Origin: a virus
IMG/VR virus record: IMGVR_UViG_3300027969_000050
Span: 1-64,000 of that record
Direction: 5' to 3' (one strand)
Length of the DNA stretch: 64,000 bases
In this document: piece by piece, positions 39,101 to 48,668 of the stretch
Numbering within the stretch: position 1 is the first letter of the stretch
Layout of the letters: every line of letters begins with the position of its first letter
Position numbers and translations under genes: made by a program
Notes under the pieces: generated by a model
The model's input: the letters and a program-made list of their open reading frames with translations, nothing else
The model's database searches: none
Told to the model about the DNA's origin: nothing

Positions 39101-40636
39101 CTATCCGGTTACAACTACGCGATAAGTATTGCCATCGTTATTACCGAAGGTAATGTTGACGGCGGTAGAGCTTGAAACCGAAATGTCTGGGAATACTTGA
39201 TTAACGGGAGTTCCAGAAGAGGTGTCATACACCTGAACCGTTACGTCGGTTGTGCCAAGATTGTGAGTGAAAGAAATAGGGCTTGTCGTGTTGCAGGTAA
39301 TCGCGCCAGCGATCTTCGTAGCAAGAACCGGACCGGCTCCCGAAGTGCTGCCGGACTGAGCGGCAAGGTTGGTCCTTGCGCCAGAAGCGGTGCTTGATCC
39401 CGTACCACCATCAACAACAGCGATGTCGGTGCCGTTCCAAACACCGGTTCCAATAGTACCGAGTGTCGTGATCGAGCTTTGACCGATGTAGCTAGTTGAA
39501 ATGTCAATTGCGTCGGCACTGACCGAAATTCGGTTTAATGTGCCAACTGCATCAATTGTGTTGCCGGTCTTTGTAAGACCATCACCGGCTGTAATGCTTG
39601 AGGCGCCAGTAAACTGTGTAAACGACAGGCTGGTAGTGTCAACGATGATTGGGTCGTCGGTAACTAGTACCCAACCGCTGTCGCCATAAACAGAACCTTC
39701 AGTTACCCATACTGCAAGACCGGCGGTTACTTCGGCGTCAGCATCTGCATCGGCTGAACGCGACCATGTGCTTGCGGAGGCAACGTATACGCCATTTTCC
39801 GAAGCTGTGGTTTGATTCTTAACTAAGACGCGATTTCCGGCGACAACAGATACCCCGTCAATGGTTTGAGCGCCAGAGAGGGTAATGTTGGAAGTCGTTG
39901 CGGCTCGTACCGAAGGCTTCCAGTCAATGCCTACAACAGCGGCGTCAACATACGCTTTGGTCGCGGCGTCAGTGTCTGACGTTGGAGCGGCTAGGTTGGT
40001 AATCTTTTGGCTGTTAAGGCTTACGCTTGCGCTTGGCGTACCAATTGAGCTTAATGTTACGGCTCCGGTTCCGGAGGTAACAAGCTTGCCGACCTGAATG
40101 CTGCCAGCAAGATCACCGTTTGTAATTGAACTGGCAAGGCTAAGCTTGGAGTATGCGATAGCCGCATTGGTAGCGACGTCGCTGTTCTGAATGCTGGTTG
40201 AAAGATTAAGCTTGCTGTAGGCAATGGCGGCTGATACGCCGATGTCTGCGTTTACGATGTTGCCCGTAAGGTTCAGCTTGGAGTAAGCAATTGAAGCACT
40301 TGCCGAAATGTCAGCATTGACGACACCACCTGTAAGACTGAGCTTGGAGTACGCAATGGCGGCGCTGGACGAAACATCAGCGTTAACGATGCTTCCTGAA
40401 AGACTTAGCTTCGAATAGGCGATTGCGGCGTCTGCCGCAACGTCACCATTTGAAATAGTGCCTGAGAGGACCTTTTCCCAGCCAGCTCCGTTATAAATAT
40501 AAAGCTTGTTAGCAGTCGTAGACTCAAAGTAAATTTGGCCTTTAACCGGACTGGCCGGAGCGGTTCCCGTATTTTGAATACGAGCATTGAGAAGCTCGTT
40601 CTTTGATAGGTCTACTGCTGAGAGAAATTTAGGCAT
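39101..40636 (-). CDS. Tail fibre protein with 21-aa repeats
   Basis: Five IAYSKLxL repeats; DAATKAYVD, WKPSVRAATT..LSGAQTIDGV; THNLGTTDV. Confidence 0.8.
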   Translation of the reverse strand: MPKFLSAVDLSKNELLNARIQNTGTAPASPVKGQIYFESTTANKLYIYNGAGWEKVLSGTISNGDVAADAAIAYSKLSLSGSIVNADVSSSAAIAYSKLSLTGGVVNADISASASIAYSKLNLTGNIVNADIGVSAAIAYSKLNLSTSIQNSDVATNAAIAYSKLSLASSITNGDLAGSIQVGKLVTSGTGAVTLSSIGTPSASVSLNSQKITNLAAPTSDTDAATKAYVDAAVVGIDWKPSVRAATTSNITLSGAQTIDGVSVVAGNRVLVKNQTTASENGVYVASASTWSRSADADADAEVTAGLAVWVTEGSVYGDSGWVLVTDDPIIVDTTSLSFTQFTGASSITAGDGLTKTGNTIDAVGTLNRISVSADAIDISTSYIGQSSITTLGTIGTGVWNGTDIAVVDGGTGSSTASGARTNLAAQSGSTSGAGPVLATKIAGAITCNTTSPISFTHNLGTTDVTVQVYDTSSGTPVNQVFPDISVSSSTAVNITFGNNDGNTYRVVVTG

Positions 40637-40677
40637 GGTTATCTCTTAACGACTAGAGGCGCAAAATAAATAAGTGA

Positions 40678-41067
40678 CTAGTTTAAATATGCCTTGCCAG
40701 AGAACGCCGAAGAGAAAGTTAGGGTGATTTGACTCGAAGAGTTGTATTTAACGTCTCCAACAACAACGTTTCCACCCGAGTCAACAACCGTAACTGAACA
40801 AAATTTCTTCAGATTGTGATTAACTATCCAAATGTTGTTTGGCTGTCCCTCTGAGTGGACGTACTCAAACACAGCATTAGCGTCAAACTGCCCGTCTATT
40901 GCGTCAGGAGATATACTTACATAGACGGGCGTCGATTCTGTTGATAAAAGAATCGGACTTGGGTCTGTGTTTTCGAGGATGACATTGCCACCCTCAACGG
41001 AAACTGAAACCCTGTTTGTCGGGATCTCAACGACGACTTGCTCTTCGCCGGTTAGATCTCCGTTCAT
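40678..41067 (-). CDS. Fibre-associated structural protein
   Basis: WIVNHNL..SVTVVDS..LTFSSAFSGKAYLN. Confidence 0.7.
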   Translation of the reverse strand: MNGDLTGEEQVVVEIPTNRVSVSVEGGNVILENTDPSPILLSTESTPVYVSISPDAIDGQFDANAVFEYVHSEGQPNNIWIVNHNLKKFCSVTVVDSGGNVVVGDVKYNSSSQITLTFSSAFSGKAYLN

Positions 41068-41396
41068 ATCGAGCTTAGAACCTTGATCGTTCCAAACAGA
41101 AGGGTGTCTGTGACTCCAGCCGAGCTTGTGATTGACATCTCGTAACTAGCGCCCTTCCAAGTCAATGCGGCGGTGGTCGCTTTGGGGATCGTGAACTCAA
41201 TTAGACCAGTTGCGGTAGTGATAACGCCAGTGACCACGACGGGAGATAGGGATTTTGGCTGAATCGTAATCTTTGCCGTATAGCCGGAAAGGTCTCGATA
41301 TGACGTCCTAGAGGCGTTGGCATAAAGAGTAATTCGCTCGTAAAAAGTTGATCCCTTCCAAATAGAGAAGGAATGTTTATCTGGGATGACGGTCAC
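41064..41396 (-). CDS. Ig-like virion protein (BppU-like N domain)
   Basis: IWKGSTF..DLSGYTAK..YEMSIT..LLFGTI; GTG 41396. Confidence 0.6.
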   Translation of the reverse strand: MTVIPDKHSFSIWKGSTFYERITLYANASRTSYRDLSGYTAKITIQPKSLSPVVVTGVITTATGLIEFTIPKATTAALTWKGASYEMSITSSAGVTDTLLFGTIKVLSSI

Positions 41397-41425
41397 AGTG
41401 ATTATGTCCTTGGTAAGGCGTACAT

Positions 41426-44236
41426 CTATGTCCTGCCAACATCTAAGTTTAATTTCCAAAGCTCTTCAGGGGATAATTTCAAATCTCTTCTCAGGTGCTT
41501 CATGATCGAATCGCCGTCTTGTCCCTCAACTACGTCTCCTGCGTCTGAAAGATAATAGGGACGCTGGCCTTGGAAGGAGGAACCCTTCCAGCCGGGAGGA
41601 GTTTGAAGCTGGTCAATTTCTTTCCGAAGGGCCTTCTTGAACATTTTCCAGTCAAGCTCCCCGCCACGAAAATCATCTTGGTGCTTGTCGAGGTACTCAG
41701 TAATTTTCTTTTTCGGCGTCTTGTTGAGGACGGCATAGGCGCCAAGCTGCTTAATCTGCGATAGCGTTCCGCTGATTGGCTTGAGTTTATTCCATGACTC
41801 AATAAAGGTCGGAAAAATATTTGCTGTCCTGAACGGAACGGTGTTTCTGCTGTGTTGAGATGCTTCATTAGCGTTCCAAAGATCCTCGACGACCTTTCCG
41901 GCATCCTCACTGTTAGCCCACCATTCTTCAGGGCCTTCGATCTGGTTAGGGCGACCACGATCTAGAACGTGGTTTCCTTCTTCGTCGGCTTCGTACTCAA
42001 TTTTCTTAGACCAGTCTCGGGTCTCTGTTGGGTCCTTCTTTGCCCAATCAACTTGGTCATGCGGCGTAGGGTTCATTGGCTTAAGCGCCGTATGGTCCTG
42101 ATGCGACCCGACTCCGGTGCGCTTTGCGTCCCATAGCGCCCATTGAGCCTGACCCAAAGGCATCGATCCGTAGCCCATATTGTCAGTTCTAGCACGAAGC
42201 ATGCGCTCGTACTTAAAATAATCCCGGTTTGAAAGATCTGACTGCTTGCCCCCAAGCATTGAAATCATGTGGGTATCGATTGTTGCAAGCTCCGAGGTCA
42301 TTGGGCTTAGTAGAAGCCAAGCAAACGAAGCAACCTTCGGGCCAACGCCCGGAAGGTTCAAATGCATTACCTCGGTCCTAAAAATATGGCCCTTTCCGCC
42401 AGAATTGGCGTCTTCGACCGCCGCATCGTAAAGCGAATCAATATGTCGGGAGATGGCCGCAATATTTTTTGTTTGCTGGATGAGCCAGCCACCGTAAAGC
42501 TCATCGTCCCCAGTTTCCGCCGGAAGAGGGTCCTCGTCGTTCAATAAATTTTTCTGGCCCTTGTTCACCTGCTTGAACTTTGGCTTCTTGGCCGCAATTA
42601 AGCCCAGTTGCTCATGCTCGACATCATGCTTCTCGTTCTTGGCCTTCATCGAGTCCCGAAGATGGGTTTTGACCAGTGCTGCGGCAGCGGCAGTTATCTG
42701 GTCAGCGCTCTTGCGCTTGTCCTCGGCCTTATCGGACTCCTCGCCCTCAAGCATTCTTTCGTAGTGATAAAGAAGATTATGGACCTCGAGTTCGGTGTTT
42801 TTTCGAACTTCCGATGGATCCACGTCTGGATGCTGGGCAATTTTTAATCCGATGAGATCTTTGAGTTCTTCTCGGTACGGGATATGGACATCGGCAAAAT
42901 CAGGACCAAACTTGCTTACGTTCCATTTGACCCTCTGGTCGTTTAGAGCCTCGTGATAAACACTTGGGTCGGTTACGTCATACGGAATCTGCATGAGGTG
43001 TTGGTACTGAATGGCGTTCCAGCGCAGATTTTTCATTGGGGAAAGAACCGCTGCTCGCAGGGCGTTTGCGATTGATGCCTTGGCTAGGGATTCGTCCATC
43101 TTGTTCAAGGGCTGGCCCTGAAGCTTCTGAGCTACGTCCTGAATCCCGCCCTCTTTCCCATAATCGAGCGGGTCGCCGTAATGCAGGTAGGCATTCTGGT
43201 CGGCAGGGGCGATTCCGGACTCCCATTGATGGTTAGGGTCGAAAAGCTCCTGACCCTCCTCTGTAATCGTCTTTGAAATAACTGGCGGCCTTGGAAAACC
43301 CTGCTCGTAGTCGTACCAGCCCTCAGGCCAGCCCATTCCCTCTGCCTCGTGCGGAGCTGTCGTGCCTAGATCGAGACCCTGTGCGGGACTTGGCGCGACT
43401 TCTGGCATTGCCATTGGGGCGTAAGAATGCTCAACCGGAACGCCAGTGTGATCAACATCGTTTTCGGCATATTGGGCCTCACCAAGGAACTGGGGAAGTA
43501 AAACAATTTTTTGAGGACCGAAGGACCGGTAATACTGCGAATACGCAGTCTGGGCGATGCATTCTGAGAAAAGCGCCTGCTGGGCAAGCGGGGAGAGCAG
43601 CGGAAAATGCGCGGCACAGGCTTGGTTCTCTCCAACCCAGCCAAAATCGCCTCCCGAAACACAATGCCCAAGCACATCATGAACCACGCGAAAAGCGACA
43701 TTCTCATCTACGGACCAAATTGGATGTTCGCTATTGGCACGGCTAACTTTAAATTTTCTTTTGTTGTGGACGTCCTCGCACATCTCCTGAGGATTGGCAT
43801 ACGGCTCAGGGTCATCAACTATTTCGATGTCTATCTGCTGTGCAAGAACCTCCATACGGCGAACGCTGTCGTCGGCAAGTTCTTTCCAAGCCGGACCAGC
43901 TTTTGGATCATAGGCTGGAGCCGTTGCATAGGCCTCAGCAATCTCTTGAATCTGATCGGTCCAATTCGACTTCCACATTCCAACGTGCCTCTGGGCAGCA
44001 GAGCGGACATGCTCGCGCCGCATAATGGCAATCAAAAGAGATCCAAGGGCAGTAGCCTGATCGCGGCCAGTCTTAGTTACTTTCTTGCCGCTTGGATTGG
44101 TTGCCGAGGCATGGTATTCGCCCTTTTTGAACTCAACCTTTCCTACCGTCCAGCCCCTAGCGTGGATCTCGTTCATTAGATCCCTTACAGGCGTAGTTAT
44201 GCCCCTGAAGGCTGACGTGAGATCAATCGTGCGCAT
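41426..44236 (-). CDS. Polyvalent protein: zincin-like HDxxGH domain plus HhH-GPD DNA glycosylase domain
   Basis: FRVVHDVLGH..GENQA; LPGVGPKVASF (HhH with Lys) and ATIDTHM (catalytic Asp), QWALW. Confidence 0.75.
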   Translation of the reverse strand: MRTIDLTSAFRGITTPVRDLMNEIHARGWTVGKVEFKKGEYHASATNPSGKKVTKTGRDQATALGSLLIAIMRREHVRSAAQRHVGMWKSNWTDQIQEIAEAYATAPAYDPKAGPAWKELADDSVRRMEVLAQQIDIEIVDDPEPYANPQEMCEDVHNKRKFKVSRANSEHPIWSVDENVAFRVVHDVLGHCVSGGDFGWVGENQACAAHFPLLSPLAQQALFSECIAQTAYSQYYRSFGPQKIVLLPQFLGEAQYAENDVDHTGVPVEHSYAPMAMPEVAPSPAQGLDLGTTAPHEAEGMGWPEGWYDYEQGFPRPPVISKTITEEGQELFDPNHQWESGIAPADQNAYLHYGDPLDYGKEGGIQDVAQKLQGQPLNKMDESLAKASIANALRAAVLSPMKNLRWNAIQYQHLMQIPYDVTDPSVYHEALNDQRVKWNVSKFGPDFADVHIPYREELKDLIGLKIAQHPDVDPSEVRKNTELEVHNLLYHYERMLEGEESDKAEDKRKSADQITAAAAALVKTHLRDSMKAKNEKHDVEHEQLGLIAAKKPKFKQVNKGQKNLLNDEDPLPAETGDDELYGGWLIQQTKNIAAISRHIDSLYDAAVEDANSGGKGHIFRTEVMHLNLPGVGPKVASFAWLLLSPMTSELATIDTHMISMLGGKQSDLSNRDYFKYERMLRARTDNMGYGSMPLGQAQWALWDAKRTGVGSHQDHTALKPMNPTPHDQVDWAKKDPTETRDWSKKIEYEADEEGNHVLDRGRPNQIEGPEEWWANSEDAGKVVEDLWNANEASQHSRNTVPFRTANIFPTFIESWNKLKPISGTLSQIKQLGAYAVLNKTPKKKITEYLDKHQDDFRGGELDWKMFKKALRKEIDQLQTPPGWKGSSFQGQRPYYLSDAGDVVEGQDGDSIMKHLRRDLKLSPEELWKLNLDVGRT

Positions 44237-44271
44237 CACCGTTTAAATCAGAGGAGCAGGGCTATTTGCGG

Positions 44272-44688
44272 CTACATAAGGTCAAGCACACGCAATTCAA
44301 AATCATACGCATCATCTTCAGATTCCTCAATGCTCAACGGGTTGATTGTCAGCGTTCCATATTTTTTCTTTCCTCGATTGAACTGACTGATGTGTCGAAG
44401 TTCATGGGCAAACAGCCTTATGATGTCGCGCTCTCCACATTCAAACCCCAGAGACATTTGCACCCACCCATCGGGGTGATAGCGGAAATTATTTCTTCGG
44501 ACGGAAAAGTTGTCCGGATGCGCCCAACCATTGAAATCAGAATGCGACGGAGAGAGCCGCGTTTCGACAAAGAGGCCCCGTACCCTCAGATCACGATCAA
44601 CCTCTCTTACAACGGCCTTTACGTCGTTTAGAAGCAACCTTAGATCCGGGAACTCACAGTCAATCCCAGCAGAGCAAGATACTTGCAC
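44272..44688 (-). CDS. Small HEXXH metallopeptidase-like protein
   Basis: LFAHELRHISQ..EESEDDA. Confidence 0.7.
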   Translation of the reverse strand: MQVSCSAGIDCEFPDLRLLLNDVKAVVREVDRDLRVRGLFVETRLSPSHSDFNGWAHPDNFSVRRNNFRYHPDGWVQMSLGFECGERDIIRLFAHELRHISQFNRGKKKYGTLTINPLSIEESEDDAYDFELRVLDLM

Positions 44689-44689
44689 G

Positions 44690-44715
44690 GTTTCCCCCCT
44701 TTGGATGGAGGAAAC
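44690..44715 (-). promoter_or_regulatory. SD-sequestering hairpin upstream of HEXXH gene
   Basis: GTTTCCTCC / GGGGGAAAC 9-bp stem ending 1 nt before GTG. Confidence 0.65.
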
Positions 44716-44757
44716 TTATGCTCTCTTTACGGCTGTGTAAATAGTCCTAACGGACTA
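44713..44757 (-). promoter_or_regulatory. Operator-coupled promoter
   Basis: TAGTCC-GTTA-GGACTA, 1 nt, TTACAC, 16 nt, TAAGTT. Confidence 0.55.
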
Positions 44758-44769
44758 CTTTAGGGACGG

Positions 44770-45120
44770 TTAGGCGCCATCCGTTTGGATAGGTGCCATT
44801 GGCCTGCCGTACTGGTAGCGATCCCAATCAAACTGAGGACTATTGTCGTATTCCTCGTTAGGGTGTCCCGGCCCAAGAGCCTGAACTACCTGTCGTTTAA
44901 CGAAAGGATCGGTTAGGGGCTTACCCTTGACGTCTGTTACTCGCCAGCCGCGCTTAATCTTTGCGGCAAAGCCCGTCATCGCGTTTGGATCCCCAGACTC
45001 ATTAGCCAAGCTTTCGAGAGTCGGATTGTCGAGCGGGTGGTCTTCTAAAGCGTGAGCGAAAGTGACCGCTGCTGTTTGAGGAGAAAAGCACCACATGTAG
45101 AACGTCGGTTCATAGGTCAT
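44770..45120 (-). CDS. Hypothetical protein with late-type start motif
   Basis: TAA-TCGT-TG-ATG start. Confidence 0.6.
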   Translation of the reverse strand: MTYEPTFYMWCFSPQTAAVTFAHALEDHPLDNPTLESLANESGDPNAMTGFAAKIKRGWRVTDVKGKPLTDPFVKRQVVQALGPGHPNEEYDNSPQFDWDRYQYGRPMAPIQTDGA

Positions 45121-45126
45121 CAACGA

Positions 45127-45555
45127 TTACAGGGCGTATTCAGGGTGCTTAGAGGGCCAGAAGTAGGGCATCGGAGAGTCGTCCCAGAGTTCTCCGTACC
45201 AGTCAGAATCCTTCACTATAAGATTTGAACGGTGCGATGCGTGTACACGATCATCGCCCCACCACGCAGGGAATGACTCGTCGTCAAACTTGAAAGCTTC
45301 AATGCGACCTCGTAGATCGGTGTTGTCATTGCCACCTTGAGCGACCCACTCGTCGCACATGATTAGACCGTAGAGACGCAAGGCGCCGCCGTAACCGCGC
45401 CACATATGAACGGCTGGGTGACTCTGCCAGCCGTAAGTGTCGTCTGTGATCGCACGAAGAACCTGAAACGCCTCGATTCGCTGCTTGTTGAGGCGACGAC
45501 GATCTAAGGACGAAGCACACTTGTAGATATCTGGATACGGAACGAATGTCTGCAT
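45127..45555 (-). CDS. MSMEG_6728-family / pyrimidine-dimer glycosylase (DenV-like) protein
   Basis: MQTFVPY..LDRRRLNKQRIEA.Q..HPAVHMWRGY..HASHRSNL. Confidence 0.88.
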   Translation of the reverse strand: MQTFVPYPDIYKCASSLDRRRLNKQRIEAFQVLRAITDDTYGWQSHPAVHMWRGYGGALRLYGLIMCDEWVAQGGNDNTDLRGRIEAFKFDDESFPAWWGDDRVHASHRSNLIVKDSDWYGELWDDSPMPYFWPSKHPEYAL

Positions 45556-45557
45556 CG

Positions 45558-45794
45558 CTATATTATATCAGTAATAGATGAACGAATGCTATCCAAGGCC
45601 TGCTGGGCGCGCTTAACTCCAGCCGCGCTGTTTGGCAAGGAAAGAGGGACCGTCGCTATTTCAACAAGCGCATCGCGAAGACTGTTTCTCTCCATAATTG
45701 CCTTGTCGATTGCCTCCTGTACATCCTTGTACTGGACCCAGTTTCCCTTGTTGTCTCGCCTTATCTTATTGCCGTCTATGCTATATCGTCTCAT
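45558..45794 (-). CDS. Hypothetical protein
   Basis: ATGA coupled; GNWVQYKDV. Confidence 0.6.
   Translation of the reverse strand: MRRYSIDGNKIRRDNKGNWVQYKDVQEAIDKAIMERNSLRDALVEIATVPLSLPNSAAGVKRAQQALDSIRSSITDII
45562..45570 (-). promoter_or_regulatory. Extended -10 leaderless promoter (TG-A-TATAAT)
   Basis: 6 nt before ATG 45555. Confidence 0.7.
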
Positions 45795-46006
45795 TGTTTG
45801 TGAAGCTCCCCATCGGAAAGAAATTGTGTGATTCTTTGACGAGTGTACGGAGTCCTTACCGCTATCTCACGATGAGACGCCCCGGCGCGACCCGCCCTGC
45901 GACAAGCAGAAGCCAAAACCTCACGCCTGTTCTCAAGTTCCGCCTTTGCTTGAAGGTATTTATGAGAGGCAAGTTCAACAGATTCCAAAGCATGCTTGCG
46001 GCTCAT
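45791..46006 (-). CDS. Small HTH protein
   Basis: AGASHREIAVRTPYTRQRITQFL; ATGA overlap. Confidence 0.65.
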   Translation of the reverse strand: MSRKHALESVELASHKYLQAKAELENRREVLASACRRAGRAGASHREIAVRTPYTRQRITQFLSDGELHKQ

Positions 46007-46191
46007 TTTGCTTTCCTCCAAAGACCTACGACTTGACGAGCGGTTACTGAGTAGTGAGTAAACCTAGGATCCATCGGCTGGATAGAGAGGGAACTCTCCC
46101 CCTCTTTCTTTTCCGTCACCGTAGCGAAGAAAATTCTCCCCTTGATGTCGCACTTGACGATATCTCCAGATTTGACTCTCGATAGTTGCAT
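46003..46191 (-). CDS. Small SH3-like protein
   Basis: VKSGDIVKCDIKGRIFFATV; leaderless start. Confidence 0.6.
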   Translation of the reverse strand: MQLSRVKSGDIVKCDIKGRIFFATVTEKKEGESSLSIQPMDPRFTHYSVTARQVVGLWRKAK

Positions 46192-46197
46192 TCGACG

Positions 46198-46243
46198 AAA
46201 CTACTGAATGGCCAATCGATTAGCAACCCGTCTAAACGGATGG
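46198..46243 (-). promoter_or_regulatory. Operator-coupled leaderless promoter
   Basis: CCATCC-GTTT-AGACGG, 1 nt, TTGCTA, 17 nt, TAGTTT, 6 nt, ATG. Confidence 0.65.
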
Positions 46244-46325
46244 TTTTACTTTCAAACGGACTGGTCAATCTGGGTTGCATGTCGCCATCACATTGTTATA
46301 CCGGTATCCAAACGGATAAAGGATG

Positions 46326-46637
46326 ATGGCGGCCCCAGAACCACTAGAAATAATTTTAAAACACATCGAGCAGCTCCGAGAGGATGTTCGTGAAGGCTTT
46401 GAACGGATTGACGGTCGGCTTACCAAGCTTGAAGAACGAGTAGGCCGAACTGAAAAATGGCAAGCCGAAAAAGACGCCGTTGAGAAGGCCTTAGATGATC
46501 AGTCAGACGAGAGAAACGCAAACGCGCATATTACTTTAAACAGCCGTCAAGTAGTGATTGCAACGATAGGCGGAGTGCTTGCCCTCGCAATGGTAATCAT
46601 TAGCGTATTACAAGTCTTTAACGTCATCGGTACTTAG
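46326..46637 (+). CDS. Coiled-coil protein with C-terminal TM helix (XhlA/holin-like)
   Basis: RIDGRLTKLEERVGRTE coiled coil plus VVIATIGGVLALAMVIISVL; late motif at start. Confidence 0.55.
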   Translation: MAAPEPLEIILKHIEQLREDVREGFERIDGRLTKLEERVGRTEKWQAEKDAVEKALDDQSDERNANAHITLNSRQVVIATIGGVLALAMVIISVLQVFNVIGT

Positions 46638-48641
46638 CATTCCGCGCATCAGATCGCGCAGAATACTTGTTTGAGCGGGGTTGTCTCCGCCGTCCATAAT
46701 TGCGCTAGTGACCGTGCGCTTGCTCTCAATCAATTCCACAATGCGCTCGTCGATTGTTCCCTGAGCAATCAGGTACCAAGCCGTAACCGAATCTGACTGA
46801 CCGATACGGTGGCAGCGGTCCTCCGCCTGATCGTGTTCCGCTGGCGTCCAACCAACCTCTAAGAAAGCAACATTTGATGCAGCCGTAAGGGTGATGCCGG
46901 TGTTTGCAGCCTTGAGAGAGCAGACGATAATACGGCAGGACTCGTCATTTTGAAACTTATCAACCTGTTCTTGCTTTTCCTTGGCGTCCATTCCGCCAGA
47001 AATGCTTGCCATGTTGGACTTTGCAAGGCGCTTGTCCTCACGAACGCTTTTGGCAACGTCACGATGATGAACAAAGAGAACCAGCTTCTCCGACTCGATA
47101 AAGTCAGCGGCCCATTCGATAGCGGCCTCAACCTTTCCTCTTGCCGCGATCTGCTTAAGGGTCTGAATTTGGACGAGGACTTCTGCCTGCGACGCCCTTG
47201 CCGCAGCGGTGTTAGCGCGCTGGTCACGGAGCTTTTTCTTTTCTTCCTTGGAGAGACCGGCCTCTTCGGCTTCAATCTCGGCCTTCTGCTCCGCACTCTT
47301 GCGTAGATATCCGATTACGTCGTCTTCTGCGGCTCGGTACTCAGAAAAGTTGTCGATCTCCATTGGGATAATCGCCCGCTGCTTGGCGGGAAGCTCTTTT
47401 AGAACGTCGCTCTTAAGACGCCGAACAAAGCACGAGCCGCGCAGCTTTTCGTTTAGCTCGTCAAGATGGGTGGCTCCGTCCATGTTCCAACCGAAGCGGT
47501 CCTTGTAAGCGCCACAGTAACGAAGAAAGAACTTGAAGCCGCCGAACTCTTTTTCTCGTCCCAGAATCTTTAGCTGCGGAGCAAGTTCTTTTGGTCGATT
47601 GAGGACAGAGGTTCCGGTTAGGTTCAAGACAAGCCCATCGTCCGGAATAAGGTTTGCGATTGCAAGATCGGCCTGAGTCCTTTTAGCCTTCGGGTTCTTG
47701 AGATTGTGGGACTCATCGTTTACGAGAGACTTGGGAGAGAAGGCGATTAGTTCTTCCTTCCAAGAGTCCAAGATGTCGTAGTTGATTACTACAACGTCGC
47801 AGGCGTCTGGGATCCTAAGCGCCTTTTTGCCTGAGAGTACGTCCACGACTCGATTTGGACAGGCGGTCTTCCATGCCCTCTGCCAGCCGTACTTCATGTT
47901 TCCTTGACAGACAATGACTACCGGGAAGGCATCGGCGGCGTGAATTGAAGCAATAGCCTGAAAGGTCTTGCCAAGCCCCTGCTCGTCAGCGATGAATGTG
48001 CGGCGGGTTTTCAAAACGTATTCGACCCCGGCCTTCTGGAATGGATAAAGCTCGACGCCGAAATCCTTGATCTCAAAGTCGGACTCCGCTTCGTCTTGAC
48101 GGGAGAGGATGGTTAGCTCGTCGTGTTTTGCCTCTTCGATGACGGCGCCATCAAGGAGAGTGGAAAGATGAGCGGTCACGTCCTTGCCGACCTTTACGTT
48201 GAACCGAGTGATGAAATTTGCCGTGCCGTCAGCGGCTTTCGGAACTCCGGGTACCGTCCATGTCTTGCTGGTCGGGTTGAAGTTGCGTCCGGGGATGCTC
48301 TTCACTGACTCCAAGCAATTATAGAAGTCATCGGTTCCGGGTTCAAAGCTGATTTCAAAGTCGCCCTGATTGAGCCGAACTTTGATTAGCGGCTCGTCGG
48401 CTACTTTGTCGAGTTCCTTGCTGGCCTCGTCCGTGAGAGAGAAGCCGTGATTCTCAGCGAGAGAACGGACAGGGGCTGCGTTGCCAGCGGATACAGAGGC
48501 GGTCCAGAACTTATTGCTGGGGTTCCACTTGCGCCTCGGAAGAGATTTGATCGAAGCAACGACTTCACTGTCGTATTCGCACTCGATTACGAGATCGGAA
48601 CCGTCAAATGAGATTTTGCGTTCCTTCTGCTTGGTAGCCAT
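46608..48641 (-). CDS. SNF2-family ATPase with two N-terminal HARP-like domains
   Basis: ADEQGLGKT, DESH, LTGT, QAEDRCHRIGQ; IKSLPRRKWNPSNKFW and VKSIPGRNFNPTSKTW. Confidence 0.92.
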   Translation of the reverse strand: MATKQKERKISFDGSDLVIECEYDSEVVASIKSLPRRKWNPSNKFWTASVSAGNAAPVRSLAENHGFSLTDEASKELDKVADEPLIKVRLNQGDFEISFEPGTDDFYNCLESVKSIPGRNFNPTSKTWTVPGVPKAADGTANFITRFNVKVGKDVTAHLSTLLDGAVIEEAKHDELTILSRQDEAESDFEIKDFGVELYPFQKAGVEYVLKTRRTFIADEQGLGKTFQAIASIHAADAFPVVIVCQGNMKYGWQRAWKTACPNRVVDVLSGKKALRIPDACDVVVINYDILDSWKEELIAFSPKSLVNDESHNLKNPKAKRTQADLAIANLIPDDGLVLNLTGTSVLNRPKELAPQLKILGREKEFGGFKFFLRYCGAYKDRFGWNMDGATHLDELNEKLRGSCFVRRLKSDVLKELPAKQRAIIPMEIDNFSEYRAAEDDVIGYLRKSAEQKAEIEAEEAGLSKEEKKKLRDQRANTAAARASQAEVLVQIQTLKQIAARGKVEAAIEWAADFIESEKLVLFVHHRDVAKSVREDKRLAKSNMASISGGMDAKEKQEQVDKFQNDESCRIIVCSLKAANTGITLTAASNVAFLEVGWTPAEHDQAEDRCHRIGQSDSVTAWYLIAQGTIDERIVELIESKRTVTSAIMDGGDNPAQTSILRDLMRGMLSTDDVKDL

Positions 48642-48647
48642 ACGAAT

Positions 48648-48656
48648 AGTATAGCA
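48648..48656 (-). promoter_or_regulatory. Extended -10 leaderless promoter (TG-C-TATACT)
   Basis: 6 nt before ATG 48641. Confidence 0.7.
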
Positions 48657-48668
48657 GATTTGAAGATT

